Positions 62,901-64,000 of a DNA stretch of 64,000 nucleotides are shown here, in pieces. The translations under genes and the position numbers were made by a program. The notes beneath the pieces are model-generated. The model was not told the origin of the DNA. It saw only the letters and a program-made list of their open reading frames with translations, and searched no databases. Each line of letters starts with the position of its first letter. The first letter of the stretch is position 1. Source of the DNA: a virus; the IMG/VR virus record IMGVR_UViG_3300036832_001149, positions 11,535-75,534 of that record. One strand, written 5' to 3'.

Positions 62901-64000
62901 GGTCTGTTCGACGCCAAGGACCCGAAGACCAAGGCAGCGGCGTCCCGGCTGTTCACCGGCATCACCAACATCGACCAGTTCACGGCGATCGAGGCCCAGC
63001 CGGGCGGGCTGACCGCCTACGCCCAGAACCAGTACACCGCCGGGGGCCAGAAGGTCACCGCCCAGACCCAGGCCATGACCGCCAAGCAGTTCCAGGACTA
63101 CAACCTGGGCCTGCTGGGGGTCGCCCCGGGGTCCCGGGCGGCGACGGCGTCCACCCAGGTGCTGTCGGGCAACGTCTCCGCCGCCCAGCAGAACAAGGCC
63201 ACCTCCGACGCCGTCTACGGGGACGCCACCGCGCTGATGGCCCAGGCCCACAGTGCGGCCGAGGCCCAGCAGGCGCTGTCGACGTGGCAGCGGCAACTCA
63301 ACAGTTCCTCCTCAGCGGCCAACGACCTGGCCGCTGCGGTGCGTGGTGTCGCCGAGTCGATGATCGACGCCAACCGGTCCACCATGAGCCTGCCCCAGAA
63401 GCTGGCCGACATGGCCTCGGAGTTGGCCCAGGTCGACCCGAACCAGGACAAGGCCCGGTACGACGCGCTGCAATCCGGGATGCAGCAGACGGTGCAGGCA
63501 GGCATCCAGCAGGCCCAGCAGTACCTGCTGGCCCAGCACCAACTGAACATCCAGTTGACCCAGGGTCAGGAGGACTACCAGAAGCAGGTCGGCCGGTCCA
63601 CCACCCAGTTCAACCTCCAGCAGAGCCGGGCGGTCTACAACAACAACCTCCAGACCGCGCGCAGCATCGAGGACTTCCACACCCAGGAACTGCAATCGGA
63701 AGAGGACTTCAACCTCTCGATGTTGCAGGCCCAGCAGGACTACCAGAAGTCGATGGCCCACGCGACCCGCGACTTCGTCCATTCCGAGTCGGAGTACATC
63801 AAGTCGGTGGCCGAGTCGCTGGACCCGTGGGCCCAGGTCCAGGCCCGGTCGACCACCGACGCCCAGCAGGCGTTGGCCAACATCGACCAGCAGAACAAGA
63901 TGTTCGCCCAGGCCGGGCAGCAACTGGACCAACTGCGCAAGATGGGCCTGAATCAGAACGTCATCGACGTGCTCGGGCTGTCCGACCCGAAGAACATGCA
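59961..64000 (+). CDS. tape measure protein (truncated by window end)
   Basis: ATGA overlap; Ala/Gly/Gln-rich helical ORF open to the window end; TP901-like core motifs. Confidence 0.9.
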   Translation, partial: MTQPNTTANVVLSANVQPYQQAMQQAGSATNDVVKTVERLSLTIDGVFKKAGHRLELFSAGSLAGIGAAVASLSALDAQLDKVRATASLAGGTSVPKLADNLRQLTTQVPMSTNQLAQLSTTIQGLGVKGAENITKLTKTFAQLQAVTGESGVGLGQDLIQLTRSMGQNIDPAKMNQYASAVANVSANLGTSATAVTNFAQAIQPMGKAMGLTETQLIGLSGAFSKAGADGTAAATAFSRISQIITNDLQTGDPQLKQFADLLGMTTDQFATMAKTDPSRMFDSLFSALNQQGPKAIQFLQSIGLEGVRTVNSIQRVSQGGGLGAGFQAAQQGANDPGKLSRAASASFNDLQDQTARLGRTIKELTTGPFVTLERGLTKIVEGFNALLSVMVKFADLPGIKQLLQLAGLLAPVVSVIAGLAGAMLALLPTLAALGVAWRLVFNPTGISLLGGYKDAVRGVGAASSVAAQQIAAGNAGVMARGAYRAGGIFGAGAVRLGAGQPATGPGMMSRVATAGLTTAQYATRTFITRPAGVAVSGMTAGLRGGMTGIQQDAFNRRNVPLVVPTPPPGAANAAKASAAAAEAEIKAKQAAAAATAAETKAKVTETEATAANAKAKITDTEATAASTKAKVSETEASAAASVSLGRLAASAAAAGVGAAASGAGKAVGLAGAAAGRVGGALGGAAMGLVGSPLGATLVAGMAGYAYYNWVKGQGKMLSPEDSAKAGSGTFGGEINDFRQATGQAAQSLDDLGLAATKTAQALNKPPPVAGTTQPFGPEEIAAAVDTSFKVAGYNPKVQQSTQAQQAMLAGVVNNQLKQGALSEEAKQQYREQLAHIMPVDQATKVYSDMEKATNGFTIATTNMSQISEQTKGLTKSYEQNISNALSLPFRDPQNSRGSTRSLQAVMENIGQYANANYAAVSKGDQGAAQQSSASFLAALGGGAPPPGSTGSVKFFQALAKQIGVDKKYGTATTMDEFVQGLFDAKDPKTKAAASRLFTGITNIDQFTAIEAQPGGLTAYAQNQYTAGGQKVTAQTQAMTAKQFQDYNLGLLGVAPGSRAATASTQVLSGNVSAAQQNKATSDAVYGDATALMAQAHSAAEAQQALSTWQRQLNSSSSAANDLAAAVRGVAESMIDANRSTMSLPQKLADMASELAQVDPNQDKARYDALQSGMQQTVQAGIQQAQQYLLAQHQLNIQLTQGQEDYQKQVGRSTTQFNLQQSRAVYNNNLQTARSIEDFHTQELQSEEDFNLSMLQAQQDYQKSMAHATRDFVHSESEYIKSVAESLDPWAQVQARSTTDAQQALANIDQQNKMFAQAGQQLDQLRKMGLNQNVIDVLGLSDPKNM

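Overview
The window is a 64-kb piece of a high-GC tailed-phage genome, most likely a siphovirus of an actinobacterial host (WhiB, a DUF6131-like protein and actinophage-style structural genes). No integrase, repressor, CRISPR array or rRNA is visible. Layout: (1) 1-13.9 kb, a leftward arm of about 30 small hypothetical genes (many with CxxC motifs), an endolysin and a SLOG/DUF2493 gene; (2) 14.6-25.7 kb, rightward replication/recombination genes (DnaB, primase, SSB, DnaE, HNH, Cas4-like exonuclease, RuvC-like, WhiB); (3) 26.2-64 kb, morphogenesis genes (TerS, fibre-like genes, TerL, portal, a 1111-aa protein, MuF-ParB, an XkdF-like protease, fibre/glycosidase genes, scaffold, decoration, MCP, neck, tail tube, frameshifted chaperones and a truncated tape measure). 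Three things stand out. First, a putative protease-processed capsid-cargo system: several head-module proteins share a DAFG-x(6-8)-VxK leader and hydrophobic-x-Lys sites that bound cationic glycine-zipper peptides, HPR/G-x-F modules, a ParB domain and a degenerate JAB-like domain. Second, the prohead protease appears split, with its EVSLVD..AN strand at the N-terminus of the scaffold gene about 10 kb away. Third, there are four candidate long structured non-coding RNAs; three have their own promoter and terminator, one contains a tRNA-elbow mimic, and several promoters share a CACTATnA operator-like box. All family assignments come from motif recognition by eye, with no database searches.
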